Shown here piece after piece: positions 1 through 12,753 of a DNA stretch of 64,000 nucleotides (position 1 is its first letter; each line of letters starts with the position of its first letter). Below the pieces are notes generated by a model that saw nothing but the letters and a program-made list of their open reading frames with translations, was not told the DNA's origin and searched no databases. The position numbers were made by a program, and so were the translations under genes. Source of the DNA: Azolla caroliniana (Eukaryota; Plantae; Polypodiophyta); the NCBI GenBank assembly GCA_043228905.1, contig JBHGNT010000005.1, positions 21,266,001 to 21,330,000 on the forward strand, in the 5' to 3' direction.

Positions 1-66
1 TATGTATCATATGTGTGCCTATAACTCTTTAGGAGTTCATATGTATCAAAGTTAGTAGAATGCAAT

Positions 67-520
67 GTATCAAGTTAGTACTAAATCTGTGTTAAGAGTT
101 TGCTAACGTAGACATATGTAAGATAAGGGTGTTCATTCCACTCATCACTCCTCTTCTCACTGTCACATGTGTGCATAACAAGTAAACTAGAACAATGACA
201 CGATGAGGGTAATCAATAACTTAACATTCCTATCAATTACAGACAACCACCCAGATACAATAAACTTATCTAGGTACTGAGTGGCACTTCATCATCGGAG
301 GTAGTAGAGTACTGAGTGGCGCGAGGCAGTAATAAATTAGCTACAATGCATATCAAGTTAGTACCTAAACTATTTAAGTGTTTACTAACCTAGACATATC
401 TAAGATAGGAGTGTTCATTCCACTCATGACTTTACATTCTCACCATCACATGTGTGTATAACAAGTAAATTAAATATGTGTGAAGATGAGGGTAATCAAT
501 GACTTAGCATTCCTATCAAT
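67..520. repeat. Direct repeat, about 170 bp conserved at a ~283-bp period (2 copies)
   Basis: TATCAAGTTAGTAC...GTGTTCATTCCACTCAT...GATGAGGGTAATCAAT...CATTCCTATCAAT occurs starting at ~68 and ~351. Confidence 0.8.
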
Positions 521-659
521 AACTTTGCATCCAATTCACATCCTGGATATGTAAACCCCATTAGTGTCAAGAAGCAAGTAATCAATAACTTTACATTCGG
601 TAATCAATTACATACAATGATCAAAATACAATAAATTTTGGTTTTAGTTTTTTCTAGAT

Positions 660-3600
660 CTTGTAATCCGCTTATTTTTTGTTTCATTCTTCTCAGATTT
701 CACACCCTTCTTCATCTTAAAACCACAAGGTAGTAAACTACTTAGTGGCAATTCATCATCGGAGGGTGAAGCCAAGCTTGAGGGAACAGTGTGCTCTGTT
801 GCTACTGCCTAAGATGCACACACTTCCAAGAAGATGCGGTCAATAGTCTTACCAGAAATATCCTGGAGGTCATTGGACGTGTCATTCTTCAATTTTCCTG
901 GCTCCACTACCACATTATTAGGAGTACAAACATGTTCCTCATCTTGGGTGCTTGTCTTCATTGCAAACTCCCCATTGATCAAGTTAGACACTTGCTCCAA
1001 GTGCAAGCTACTTGCATTATTTTGGACAGACACCTCATTTGTAGTACCACACTCTCCTTCTTCTTGGGTAGTTGCGGGGGTCTCCATAATGATACACACC
1101 TCATTCTTTGTACAACCATGATCCTCTCCTTGGGTCAATTTCACATTCTCTGCAGACTCCATTGCAAAGTTGCTAGTCACCTCATGCTTTGTCCACTCCA
1201 GCTCCTCTTTTTGGGTGATCTCACATTCCTCATGTGTGGTAGCATCTGAGCCTAAATAATCAAGATTGCTCCATAAACTACCTGAATCATTTGATGGTAT
1301 TTGTGAATCTATATGCTCTTCTACTCCTAAATAACAGTAAAGTGATGCAAGAACAATATCAATTCACATTCTTAAAAAGTGAAGGCACCTAGCCAAATGT
1401 TTAAGGTTAAGGGACAAATGTTTACCTATTGTTACATCGTCATTGTTGCTTGGGATGGTCCCAATTTCAAGTTGGGGCTCTTCATCATGCCAATATTTCA
1501 CAACACTCTCTATGTATTAATACACTTGTACATAATATTATTGTCACGTGAAGTAATATGGTCAAAATAACAATTATCTGAGAGGGCTCCCAACATGTAC
1601 CTGGAAGTGAGATAAATTCTTCTTCATATTGTGGCTCTGAATTTGTATCTCCATTTTCATTACTCTTTTCTTCCTTGTCTAAAAACAAAAGTATGTAGTA
1701 TTAGTCTAACTAATCAAGATGACACCAGCCACAAGTTTGTGAGAATTTGTATTACCCACCACAACAATCAACTTTGCATTTCTTCCCCTTTCCGTACAAT
1801 TTCCTTGCAACATTACGCTTCTTCATAGGATCTTTGATAGAAACATAATAAATTAGTATACCAACATTTCAGAAATTAGAAAGGCAAACACAATTAGCAT
1901 TACCATTCACATAGTCAGGGTGTGCCGAGCCGAGCTAGGAGATTTTGTTTCAAGCACCACATCTTCAATTGTTCCAATGGCCTTTCTCATACATTCATCT
2001 TCATCATAAACTTCATCAGGTACCACTAAGGAACGACCGTGGACTTTGGAATTTGCAACAGACTCTGTACGTAGTATTGTGGGGCCTGGTTTGTCAATTA
2101 CCTTCCCTGGTGTGGTGTTGCTAGAAACTACAACATTCATATTATAAGCATGCATATTATAAGAGTACATATTATAACATGAGTCCAAAATTACAAATAT
2201 AGTATTGATCCACCTGGACATGCATATTTCATCTAGTAATGAACAATGTTAGTACTAAAAAGCCAACACATTCATGTCTATTTGTTTGGTCATGCAAGCC
2301 TAATTCAAGTGGACACAAAAAGTACAATGCAATAAGCAATGTTAGTACTAATACAAGTTATACAACTAAACATTTAGGACCCTCCATACCAAATAATCAA
2401 TATTGAATCAATTGATCATGAAGGAATACAATGTATTAAGTAATTTTAGTACTTAATCAACATCTTAGGAACTTAAAGGATTAGTACTAAGCCACTTGGA
2501 CATGCATATTTCATCTGGTAATGAACAATGTTAGAACTAAAACGCGAAGACCTTGATTCCTATTTGTTCGGTTATGCAAAGCCTAAGTTAAGTGGACTCA
2601 AAAAGTACAATGCAATTAACCAATGTTAGTACTAATACGAGTTATACAACTAAACATTTAAGACCCTCCGTACTAAATAATCAATATTGAATCCATTGAT
2701 CACGAAGGAATACAATGGAATAAGTACTGTTAGTACTTAATCAACATCTTAGGATCTTAAAGGAATAGTATTGAACCACCTGGACATGCATATTTCTGAT
2801 GGTAATGAACAAGACCAACATGCCTATTTGTTCGGTTATAGAAAGCCTAAGTCAAGTGGACTCAAAAAATACAATGCAAGTAACCAATGTTAGTACTAAT
2901 ACGAGTTATACAACTAAACATTTAAGACCCTCCGTACTAAATAATCAATATTGAATCAATTGATCACAAAGGAATACAATGGAATAAGTATTGTTAGTAC
3001 TTAATCAACATCTTAGGATCTTAAAGGAATAGCATTGAACCACCTGGACATGCATATTTCTAATGGTAATGAACAATGTTAGTACTAAATAGCCAAGACC
3101 AACATGCCTATTTGTTCGATCATGCAAAGCCTAAGTCAATTGGACAAAAAAAGTACAATGCAATAAACAATGTTAGTACTAATACAAGTTATACAACTAA
3201 ACAGTTAAGACCGTTAGTACTAAATAATCTGCACTAAATCGACTGATCATCTTGGATCCTACTGTAAGAATAGAACCAAAAGTAAAATTATAAAATCATA
3301 GTATAAAAATTGCATAATGCTTAATCACATACCATAGGAGTGTACTTTCAAACCCCAAGCTAGGTACCATTCGGCTCCAACTATACTTTTACAATCCAAA
3401 CATATATTTTCTTTCTCGAAATGGTACTTAGCACATAACAAATGATATGTGTGCAAGCATGGTGTAATGATAGCATCCATAGACTCAAGCTTGAATCCAA
3501 GGCCACAGAATAAACACCTTCAGTAACGACACACAACATACACTATATTAGCACCAATGATATTTTATACCATAGAAGGTCAAAAAGGAGAAATATAAAC

Positions 3601-4599
3601 CATTATCGTGATATAGTAATGTTTCTAATTGTACTTTCCATGCAAGCGGGGTGATCAACTACGTCTGGACATAGAGTATCTAAACCTTTTTCTTTTAGAC
3701 CCTTCATCAAACATGTTAGATTCTCTGAATGCAGCTTTAAGGCTGATAATTGCTCATCAATTTCATTACGAGAAGACCGTCATGTCTCTAGATCTTTCTT
3801 CTGTGCTTCCAGATGAGTACCCATATTTGTGAGCTCTTTCTTTCACTCCTCTTTTAACACATCACTTTCTGAATTTTGGATTGTTGATGCAATCCATTCG
3901 TATGTATTCGACATAGATGTGAATTGTTTCTTTGCTGCCATCTCACCAGATGAAACTTCTTCCAAATCGGCCAACAATGCTTGCATTTTTGTTTGCATGG
4001 AAGCTATACAGCGCAACAATCGCTCTTCATGTTTTTCTGCCAGTCTGGCTTTCTGTTTTGCAATTTATTGAGTCAACACAGATGTCTAGTTGGGATTTCA
4101 ATATGAGAGGTACCCTTAGACTTCATGGTAGTGCTGGTACTTGAGGACCCTCTATAATGTGATGATTGATGATGAGCAAAATCTTCCCAATCAACTTTAA
4201 TGCATGTAGAAAGACAGATCTTACCACATTGTTTAGGATATGTTTCGTATCATAAATTTGTTCATATCACGACTTTAGTTCAGTGATATAATCCTTCTTC
4301 AATTGAGTGAGGTGGAAACCTCTCCATGTCTCGGGTTGTGATGAACCCCAAGTTTTCATCATCCACATGTCTAGGTCTTCATAAGTGTTAGGTCATGCAC
4401 GAAGGAAATAACCCCATCCCAATTTTGTACCTCGAAGGATGTTTGTGTGAACCTTTTAGCCCTGAGTTGCTGAAAACTTCGACCTCCCTCTAGTAGGGCT
4501 CATCTTACTTTCTTTGATGGGGGTCCTTTTTCTTTCCTTGCATGATGTGATGACATTTTCAGTGACCATTTTCTTCTTTGTGGGTGTCTTCCTTGTCAT
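660..4599 (-). pseudogene. Decayed multi-exon gene of unknown function, probably transposon-borne (basic N-terminus, W-rich domain, coiled coil, acidic tail)
   Basis: The minus strand reads MTRKTPTKKK...GTKLGWGYFLRA*PNTYEDLDMWMMKTWGSSQPETWRGFHLTQLKKDY...VDWEDFAH, then a coiled-coil-like IAKQKARLAEKHEERLLRC..., with stops and frameshifts. Several short exon-like blocks follow, bounded by AG/GT (about 2120-1905, 1679-1602, 1325-1282, 1251 onward). Confidence 0.5.
2200..3260. repeat. Tandem repeat, ~283-bp unit, about 3.7 copies
   Basis: CAC(C/T)TGGACATGCATATTT recurs at 2211, 2493, 2777 and 3041; the third unit carries a ~20-bp deletion. Confidence 0.92.
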
Positions 4600-4699
4600 G
4601 TGAATCCTGTCTCTCTTCTTCGCCTCACATGCACAACAATAGTAAACAATATTAAATAATATACAATTCAAGGAGATGTCGGATATGAAACATAATGTT

Positions 4700-7546
4700 A
4701 ACTCCCAAAGCCATGTCCACTTCTTCAGACCAAACAAACGACTATCCCTTATTGGTAAGTTGTGTGAGAGGTAGAATAATCTTTGAATAATCCTGTATAA
4801 AGTTGCGGTAGAAATTGGCAAAACCTAAAAAGCATTGCACATCTCGCAACGAACGTGGAGTCTGCCACTCTACCATAGTTTTGACCTTAGCTGGATCCAT
4901 AGAGATGCCTTCCGAGGAGATGACATAGCCTAGAAATTCCACTTGGTTGCACTCGAAACTACATTTTTCTAGTTTTGCATAAAGACCATGTTCTCGAAAC
5001 CATTTTTGTACTGACAGTACATGAGAATCATGCTCTTCTTGGGTCTTTGAATAAACCAATAGATCATCCAAATAGATGATCAAAAAATCATCCAAGAGAT
5101 CTCAGAATATATCATTTGCCATGTGCTGGAAGATTGTTGGCACATCAGTGAGACCGAATGGCATGACTGTATACTCGAAGTGCCCATATCTGGTGTGAAA
5201 CGCGGTCTTCCATTCATCTCCTGGTCAGATCCGTATGAGGTTATATGCTCCTCGTAAGTCAATCTTTGTGAAGAACCTTGCACCATTGATCCGTTCTGAA
5301 AGACTTGAGATAAGGGGAAGTGCATACCTATTCCTAATGGCGACCTTATTCAAGCCACGGTAGTCTACGACGAGACGAAGTGATCCATCCTTTTTCTTGA
5401 CGTAGAAAATGGGTGCGCCAGCTGGAGATTTCGAATTTCGAATGAAACCGTTTGCCAAGTTCTCCTCTATATAGGCTCAAAGGACTTCTAGCTTAGTTGG
5501 TGACAAATTGTAGATCGGTCCCCATGGTGGCTCTTTTCCCGGTTGTAAATCAATGGGGCAAACATACGGTCGGTGGTGAGGAAGCGTATTGGCTTGTACC
5601 TTATCGAACACATCGGCATAATGACAATACTTCTCTGGAAGTTGAACTATGGACTCCTCTTTAGTGGTGTTGGAAGGTTTTATTGATACTACGAAGATAA
5701 ACATTGCTTCCTTGCATCCTTCCTCACGCAATTGATGTAGCAAAATGGTTGCAATCTTATGAGTAGATCCTCGGGTTTGTCGATACCGGATTTCTCTTGT
5801 TCTCCGATCTATGTTTGGGTTATGTAATTCGAACCATGGTAATCCCAAAACAATGGGATGTTTTGAGCTACTAATTATATTGAATGATACTTCACACACT
5901 AATTTATCTAGGACAATATTAACTGGCTCTGACTCTTCTATGATATTTCCGGAAGCAATGCGACCACCATCAATGACTACTACAGAGGTTGGACAAGGGA
6001 GTTTTCTTAGGGATATCTAATGAGCTTGGGCAAAATTCCTATCCATGAAGCAAGAATAAGCCCCGAAATCTAGGAGTGCTAAGACATGTACTAGAGGGGT
6101 GCTTTTAGTACTAACTATTACTAGAGCTAGAACACATTGCTAACTTGCTTAGAGGGAATGGAACCACTAATGGGATGCACAAATCTAGGACTATCCAACC
6201 AAATGGCTCCTATTTTGGCTGGACTTAGTCGTTTAACTCTTCTTCTAACTGACTAAGGACATCAAATTTGTTCGATAGATTTGGGCTATTAGTACTATTA
6301 GGACTATCAGATATTCCTACTGAAATAGACTCGAGTTTAGTACAATTAGAACTAGCAACTATTTGGTTTACTTGTCTTCTTGGCCTATGGGGACAGTTCA
6401 CTTCAATATGCACTGGTCCATCGCAATAAAGACATAGTCAATTTGCTCGGGGTCACTGCTTTTCCTCTTCCGATAATGGTCTGGGACAACGTGTGGTGTC
6501 AATTTCCATCGGAGTTCGAGTATTTGCTGGAGACACATTATATGACTCCCTTGGAAAAGGTTTTGCTACCACTTAGGCGTACGTGGGCTCTAATCTTGTC
6601 TTAGTCTAGAACTGACATCTCGAACCTCGTTCGAAAAGGTGGTTATCGCATCACACCGCGCGACTAATTGCTTCTGTCAATGACTTTGGCTCTTCAGGGA
6701 AAGTTAAGAGTAAATCCTTAACATCGTTATGTAGGCCAAAACGAAATTGCTCCATTAATGCCTACTCATCCTAGGGAATATCAGTGGTGAGAAGATGAAA
6801 ATCCACATCATAAACCGAGGCCGGCCGCTCACCTTGGCGCAATCTCCGGATTTTGTTGATTGTTGTCCTAACACTGTCGGTATCTCCAAAACAGGCTTTA
6901 AACTCGGTAATAAACTCTTCAAAATTATTTAACAAGGGGGCAAACCATGCCAAAGTTGTGTCACTAAGTAGAGTGCCTACTAGTCCCACTCATGATGCAT
7001 CGGTGGGATATCGAGAAGGATGCATTTGAATCACTAAACGTACCTGATTAAGAAAACCTCTAAATTGTAATCGGGTCCCATCAAAATTTGTAGGAAGACC
7101 GATCTTGGGTTCTTTGTGAATCCCTTGAGTGCTTGATCCTTGTTTTTGTAATGATATAATAGTCGCATCAAGTTGTAACTGTACACATAACGTCAGTTCC
7201 CTGTGTTGTTGTTGTTTTTCTGGCGCTATTTGTTGAAGATCCCCCAACAAACGGTGATTTTCTTGTTCTAGTGCTATAAATTTCTCTTTTAAGCACTGGA
7301 GCTCCGAGAAAACAATTGGTATTCCTGAGCGCTAACAGTTTCCATTTTACTAGGGAGTATAAGAGGATTAGCATGAAGGGAATGAGGGATAAGAGGATGA
7401 GGAGGGAAGGAAAAATCAATTCAAACTTTCAGGAATAGTACTAAAACATAGAGAGAATTAGTACTAGAGAAGGGAAGTACTATGAGGATTAGTACTAAGA
7501 CGAAGGGACTGCATAAGACTCACGAGAGAGGAAGAGAGAAAAGGAG

Positions 7547-7595
<49 letters not shown>

Positions 7596-7770
7596 ATAAT
7601 GATAACAGATGATATATTATATGAAGAGTAAGTACAAAATAGCTATGAGGCTTAAGACTGGCATTGAACCAATTTGGTTCGAAATAATGCCTTGTGCCTC
7701 CTTCCACTTTGTATCCTAGTGTGAACTCGTCTAAAGAGTTAGGGCTTAGTATATCAGCGATAACCTAACA
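4700..7770 (-). mobile_element. 3'-truncated Ty3/gypsy LTR retrotransposon of chromovirus type (PEG10/sushi/Tcn1-like gag-PR-RT), degenerate
   Basis: Gag EPKIGLPTNFDGTRLQFRGFLNQ...LRQGERPAS; knuckle CLYCDGPVHIEVNC; PR LLDFGAYS...IVLGLPWF; [57 protein letters not shown]. The sequence breaks off at ~4700, before RNase H. The putative LTR starts TGTTAGG at 7770. Confidence 0.9.
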
Positions 7771-7817
7771 TTGTAAAGTGAGAACACTTTATCATCTTGT
7801 ACATAGAGTCTTTGAGA

Positions 7818-9433
7818 GAGAAAGAAAGAAAGAAAGAAAGAAAAATATATTAATGTCTTCTAAGGCCAAAATTGTCCCATGAGACAAATGGTTTACATCA
7901 AAAAATGGGATATTTACCCATTCATCGAAAGTAAAAAGTAAAAATAAAAATAAGATAAAAATAGAGTTTTAAGCTAAATAGTTCTAGTGAAATGATAAAC
8001 ATGTTCTATATAAAAAACATGTTCTACAATGAAAATGATGTTATACTAGACCTAATTTCATTTCCATCCAAGTCTCTCAAAGAGAAGCGGGAGGTCAAAG
8101 GGTGTTCGATGTGGATGTGGCCCGTGGTCCCAATGTAAAAGGAATCCCAACCATAGCTTCTAGTCGACGTAGCTCACGATCCCTTATCTTCTTAATCTTT
8201 TCTACTACGTGTCAACTTGTTTTGAAGCCCAACATCTGAGGGCATTTGGTTGCTCTTTGCATTTCTGCTTCCTCAAGAGAGAGGTCGAGCGGCGTAAGTG
8301 TATCCACATTCATCATCTCCCCTTGTTCCTGAAAAATTACACTAGTTACAATGTGTTGATGAATAGTAAAAGGGTTATGGTTAACACTTTGTAATTTATT
8401 CTCCCTATGTTGTTTTAGCTCTAAGATATACCTACCTAGTCTCTTTACATCCATGGTATCTAATAGTTTGGAGAGGGTGGGAGAGGGTCCTAATATGTCT
8501 TGGTATTCCGCCCGTATCTCGGCATAAGGTGGGCACTTGCATGTGAAGTGATACTCATCCTCTATCTCTATGTGGCATAACCTACATAGCCTTTCCTCTC
8601 TATGGACTCTATTAGCCCGACCATTCTCAATCTCAAGTTGGTGAGATGATATCCTAAGTTGTCCAATGGCCACCCTTAGTGCATTTGATAAGAATGTATC
8701 TAGATATCTTGGTCGTGTAATAAAACCTAACTGAGAGAAGTGCAAGAAGTGTTCCTTATAGTATAACATTTTAGATGGGAGTGGCTCTTGTGGGGTGATC
8801 CATTTATATCAAGTGTAAATTTGCCATATTTCTTGGTGTATCACTTTATTACGGTCTTCATGAGAAATTAGAGTTTGATCAGTCCCATGGTTGTACTTAA
8901 GGGGAGGTAGGTTATTAATGTTTATGTCGTTTACAAGTAACCAACTCACCACAGTGCTATACCAAGAGCTAGTGTCTCCAGATGCATGTAGGGATCGAGA
9001 TGCCTCAAAGGCTCGACGGGATATCCTATCTTATGGTTGGCTATGTATTCGATGAATAAAAACTACCACTTGAAAAAGTGCTTCTACTAACATCGGGGGC
9101 AGACTGAACTCTACTCTAATAATGTCATGTGGTACTGTTGATTTGCTTCAGAGTTGACGTGATAACATCGTCACCAAAGGTCTCTCTAGTTGCGTCCACA
9201 TGAAAGATGGTAGACTTGGAGCCCATACTATTGATGCATACATGAGGGAAGGGCCCATCCCTTAGTTTGTGGCTCTTGAAAGTATGCCTGGTGGCATTGT
9301 CTCTCTAAGAGTGAGAGGGATGCATACCCTCTCATTAGCCTATCTTTGGTTGCCTGGGTCATCAAGAATTTACCTGAGCGAGCACTAAAAGTGACTCCCA
9401 AGTATACATATGATCCAACTACCTCAACTAGTT
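7818..9433 (-). mobile_element. 5'-truncated non-LTR retrotransposon, RTE-X/RTEX-like, with a (TTTC)n 3' tail
   Basis: Begins in RT domain 7 (EVVGSYVYLGVTF at ~9430). ORF 8212-8769 has the C-terminal motif LRISSHQLEIENGR..REERLCRLC..EDEYHFTCKCPPY. The 3' UTR ends in a TTTC microsatellite at ~7820-7842. Confidence 0.8.
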
Positions 9434-9575
9434 TATGAGAGAGAATTAGGTGACATTTACTCCTAACTCAGGACAACGTATGAGAGAGGATTAGGTGACA
9501 TTTACTCCTAACTCAGGACAACGTATGAGAGAGGATTAGGTGACATTTACTCCTAACTCAGGACGATGTATGAGA
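9434..9575. repeat. 45-bp tandem repeat, 3 copies plus a partial copy (probably inside an LTR remnant)
   Basis: TATGAGAGAGGATTAGGTGACATTTACTCCTAACTCAGGACAACG starts at 9434, 9479 and 9524, with a partial copy at 9569. Confidence 0.95.
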
Positions 9576-12145
9576 ACACAAAAATAAAGAGAGCTTCCAT
9601 TAAAGCTTCATTCGTGTGTCTATCATCTGTCTATATCTTCTTTGCTTCCTTCTATGTTGTTTGCTGAGCATAACCGACAGGTCCTCACATACGTTTCCAT
9701 GCATATCTGTCCCTCAAAATCATCGGCTAGTTCTATTCCATTAGACAGCTCTGGTAGGAATCAGTTGCCGATTTCAACCTAAGATTCCAAAACTTATAGC
9801 ACCTACGGAAGATGAAGCTAAGGAAACTTTACGGGTCAAACAGACACTATCATTGAACGGCCACTGTAGATGGAGCTAGAGGACGAGGACGAAGCTATGT
9901 CCATGTTGTCTTTACGACACGCACTACCAAAGGAAGAGGAGTATCGTTTCCACCAGGCAATCCAGTGTGGTCGATTGCAACATGCGGGTCCACTGCCCTA
10001 TTTGCCACTCGCGGGCACATACGGTGGACCAATGCGAGTATAATATGTTAAATCGATCCACGGCACCGGTGTGACACATCGAGCCCACGGTGCAACAACC
10101 GATGAATTGACCATGGCCGGCAAGAGGAGCACTATTGTAGTTCGGAGCGTAATCGTCGTCGGTTCGCTCCAACTGTCATAACCAAGACAATGATCAATAT
10201 TCGAAGGATGACGATCATGAGGAAGAAGAGTACCTGAGAAATGATTATTATAATCCTCATGGAGGACGACGTTACAACAATCGATGCCCCACTAATAATC
10301 GTGGTGGGTAGGCCAAGGCTCGGTCATATGGCAATAACCGGCAACCAAGAAACCAGCGAGTCCACGAGGATAGTTTGGAGGATGAGCAACGTTAGGATAA
10401 TCATCTCAATTACCATAGACAATACCAATTATCTTGGGAAGAGAAGGTGCCACAAGCCGAGCCCGCGGCCCCCCCAGTTGTCGAAAAAGGTGAGTCTAAT
10501 GTCCATTGTTTCATCTGCCAACAACCAAGACATTACACGACTCAATGTCCACGACGCGATAAGGGAAAAGGGCCTGTCGTGAACACCATCACGGCCTAAG
10601 TACAGCAGTTAACTACTCGTTGTAAAGCCAAAACAGATGAGTGGGTGGAACAGGATGAGATTTGAGAAGCTGCCAAAGCTTGGGTAGAACAAGCGAATGA
10701 GACTAACGTCAACCGCATGCACCAGGAGACGGCGAACACGGTATCATCTTCCCACATGAAGGATATGGTACTAGGAGTGGATCCACTATGGCAAGCACTT
10801 GCGGATTGCCAGATTACTCTAATGATGGACAAGTTATTGAATCTAGTCTCGTGATTCAGGTAGCCCATCGAAAAAAAAATGCAGAGCATCGATCGAGTCG
10901 CGATTCCGACCAATTTCGTGGAAGCTAGTACAAGGCCAACGGTGGTAGACCACCATAATCCGGCTATTAAGGTGGACTTGCATGGGGAAACAAATTCTGG
11001 ATGCATAGTCGATGGCAGTTCCGGAGTTAATGTCATTAGTTAGGCTACTTGCAATCACCTAGGCATTATGGAGTGGGAAGTGTGTCCATTCCGGCTTCTC
11101 AGGGCAGATATGTCCGCCCATTGGGGTTGGTCCAAAAAATAAAAATCGTCATTGGAGATCACGTATTTGAAATAGCGTCCATCGTACAAGCCCTTGATGC
11201 CCCTGATGCGTACCCCCTCCTGCTATTGCTACATTCTACTAACATCAAGCAGAACTGGCAGTACAACATCATTAGTTTTCGACAAGCCAGAGCCAAGGTT
11301 CAGGTGCCAACACAAGAAATTGCGCCGCCCACAAAAGTTATAACACCGTTGTACGCGGAAGATGTTCACATGTTGGAAGGTCTGGGCGACAAGGAGCTCG
11401 ACGCGTATCTAAAGGAGAATCCACGAATAATACCCTTGTTCGAAATCAATGTCATCGAAACAGTCGACGATTTAAGATTATGCTTAAAGTGATGCCACAT
11501 AGCACGACTCAGCCTCAAACCGGCTAAATGTGTGTTTGACGTGACAAGTGGAACCCTCCTCAGACACATAGTCATCTGAGAAGGTATTACGATTGATCTA
11601 GGCAAGATCAAGGCAATCATTGAGGCCCCGACCCCAAAAAATGCAAAAGCTCGCAGTCGCTTTTTGAGGCAAATCCATTGGCACAGCCGCATGTTGTGTT
11701 ATCTTGCGGACTTCGCTACGCCATTACATGCGGTTGTACATCGCACTCCATTTAATTGGACAATAACGGAAGATAAGGCGTACTTGGCTTTAAAAATAAT
11801 GCTCACTCAGGCACTAGTAGTGCAACCACCTGATTGGACAAGTCATTTCACGTTTTCGTGGACGCATCAGATATAGCCATCAGTAGCGCACTAATGTAGT
11901 TGATCGAGCCTAATTGGTATAGACCGGCGTACTACTCCAGCTAGAAACTAACGGATGCCGAGCGAAACTACTCCACAATAGAGCGTGAATCCCTAGGGAT
12001 GTTTTACAGCATTACCAAATTTCGACACTACCTATTGGGCCAAAAATTCTTCTTTCATGTCGACCACGCGGCGTTGCTCTACTTGGTTTCAAAGTAGTCG
12101 CTAACTGGAAAGTTGGCCCGATGGATGTTCAAAATCCACCATCGG
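9434..12145 (+). mobile_element. Degenerate non-chromovirus Ty3/gypsy (gag knuckle, PR, RT thumb, RNase H) with the RT core deleted
   Basis: CFICQQPRHYTTQC at ~10507; PR IVDGSSGVNVIS at ~11005. The frame jumps at ~11465 straight to LSLKPAKCVF. RNase H motifs FVDASD, AERNYSTIERESLG, VDHAAL and KLARWM run to ~12128. Confidence 0.8.
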
Positions 12146-12753
12146 TGTCGGCTTGATAGACCTTGTCCGGAATCGACCACGAACAATGCTGGAGTGCGGC
12201 CGACTAGCTCACTCGATGTCATTCTAGCCAAAATTGGACACAAGTCGAATCGGTTTCGACTATTTAGTGAATTATGTCCGGAGTGACTACAGTCAATCGA
12301 CTTATTTGAATTGGACCCGAGTTTGCCAATTCAATTTAGAATGTCGATTTTCAAGATTTCCGAATACAGAGTATGTGTCGATTATCCAAGTCGATCCTGC
12401 TTCAGGCAACTATGACAAGGAGAGGAACATATTCAACTAACCTTTCCGAATGTTGTCTAGTTGAATGAAGCATGGAAGGGGGTTGTTCTTGGAGTCTAGA
12501 CTACTATCAGTGATTACAACGAGCAAATGACTAGTGCCAAGCTACCTATTCGATTGTTGTCTAATCCAATGTAGTACGGTTGAGGCAGAGCTTGTGAAAC
12601 AAAATCTCACAATGAGCATCTACAATCACAGGAGTGAAGTGCAACCAATTGACTCACTTCAATGGTGATTTAGAACAATGGAGTGCAGATTTTGTTGGTG
12701 TTTCTCTTTGCGAAAACGATCTTGTAGAGAGTTGCCAACCGAGATCTTCACGG

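Noticed and set aside
3620-4599. env-like ORF belonging to the adjacent chromovirus-type element
   Set aside because: The gypsy is broken before RNase H at ~4700, so the adjacency is a deletion junction. The ORF has no transmembrane segment and appears to be spliced.
9434-9575. 45-bp repeats (also the 42-, 45- and 54-bp arrays elsewhere) as CRISPR arrays
   Set aside because: The units are head-to-tail with no unique spacers, there are no cas genes, and the context is eukaryotic.
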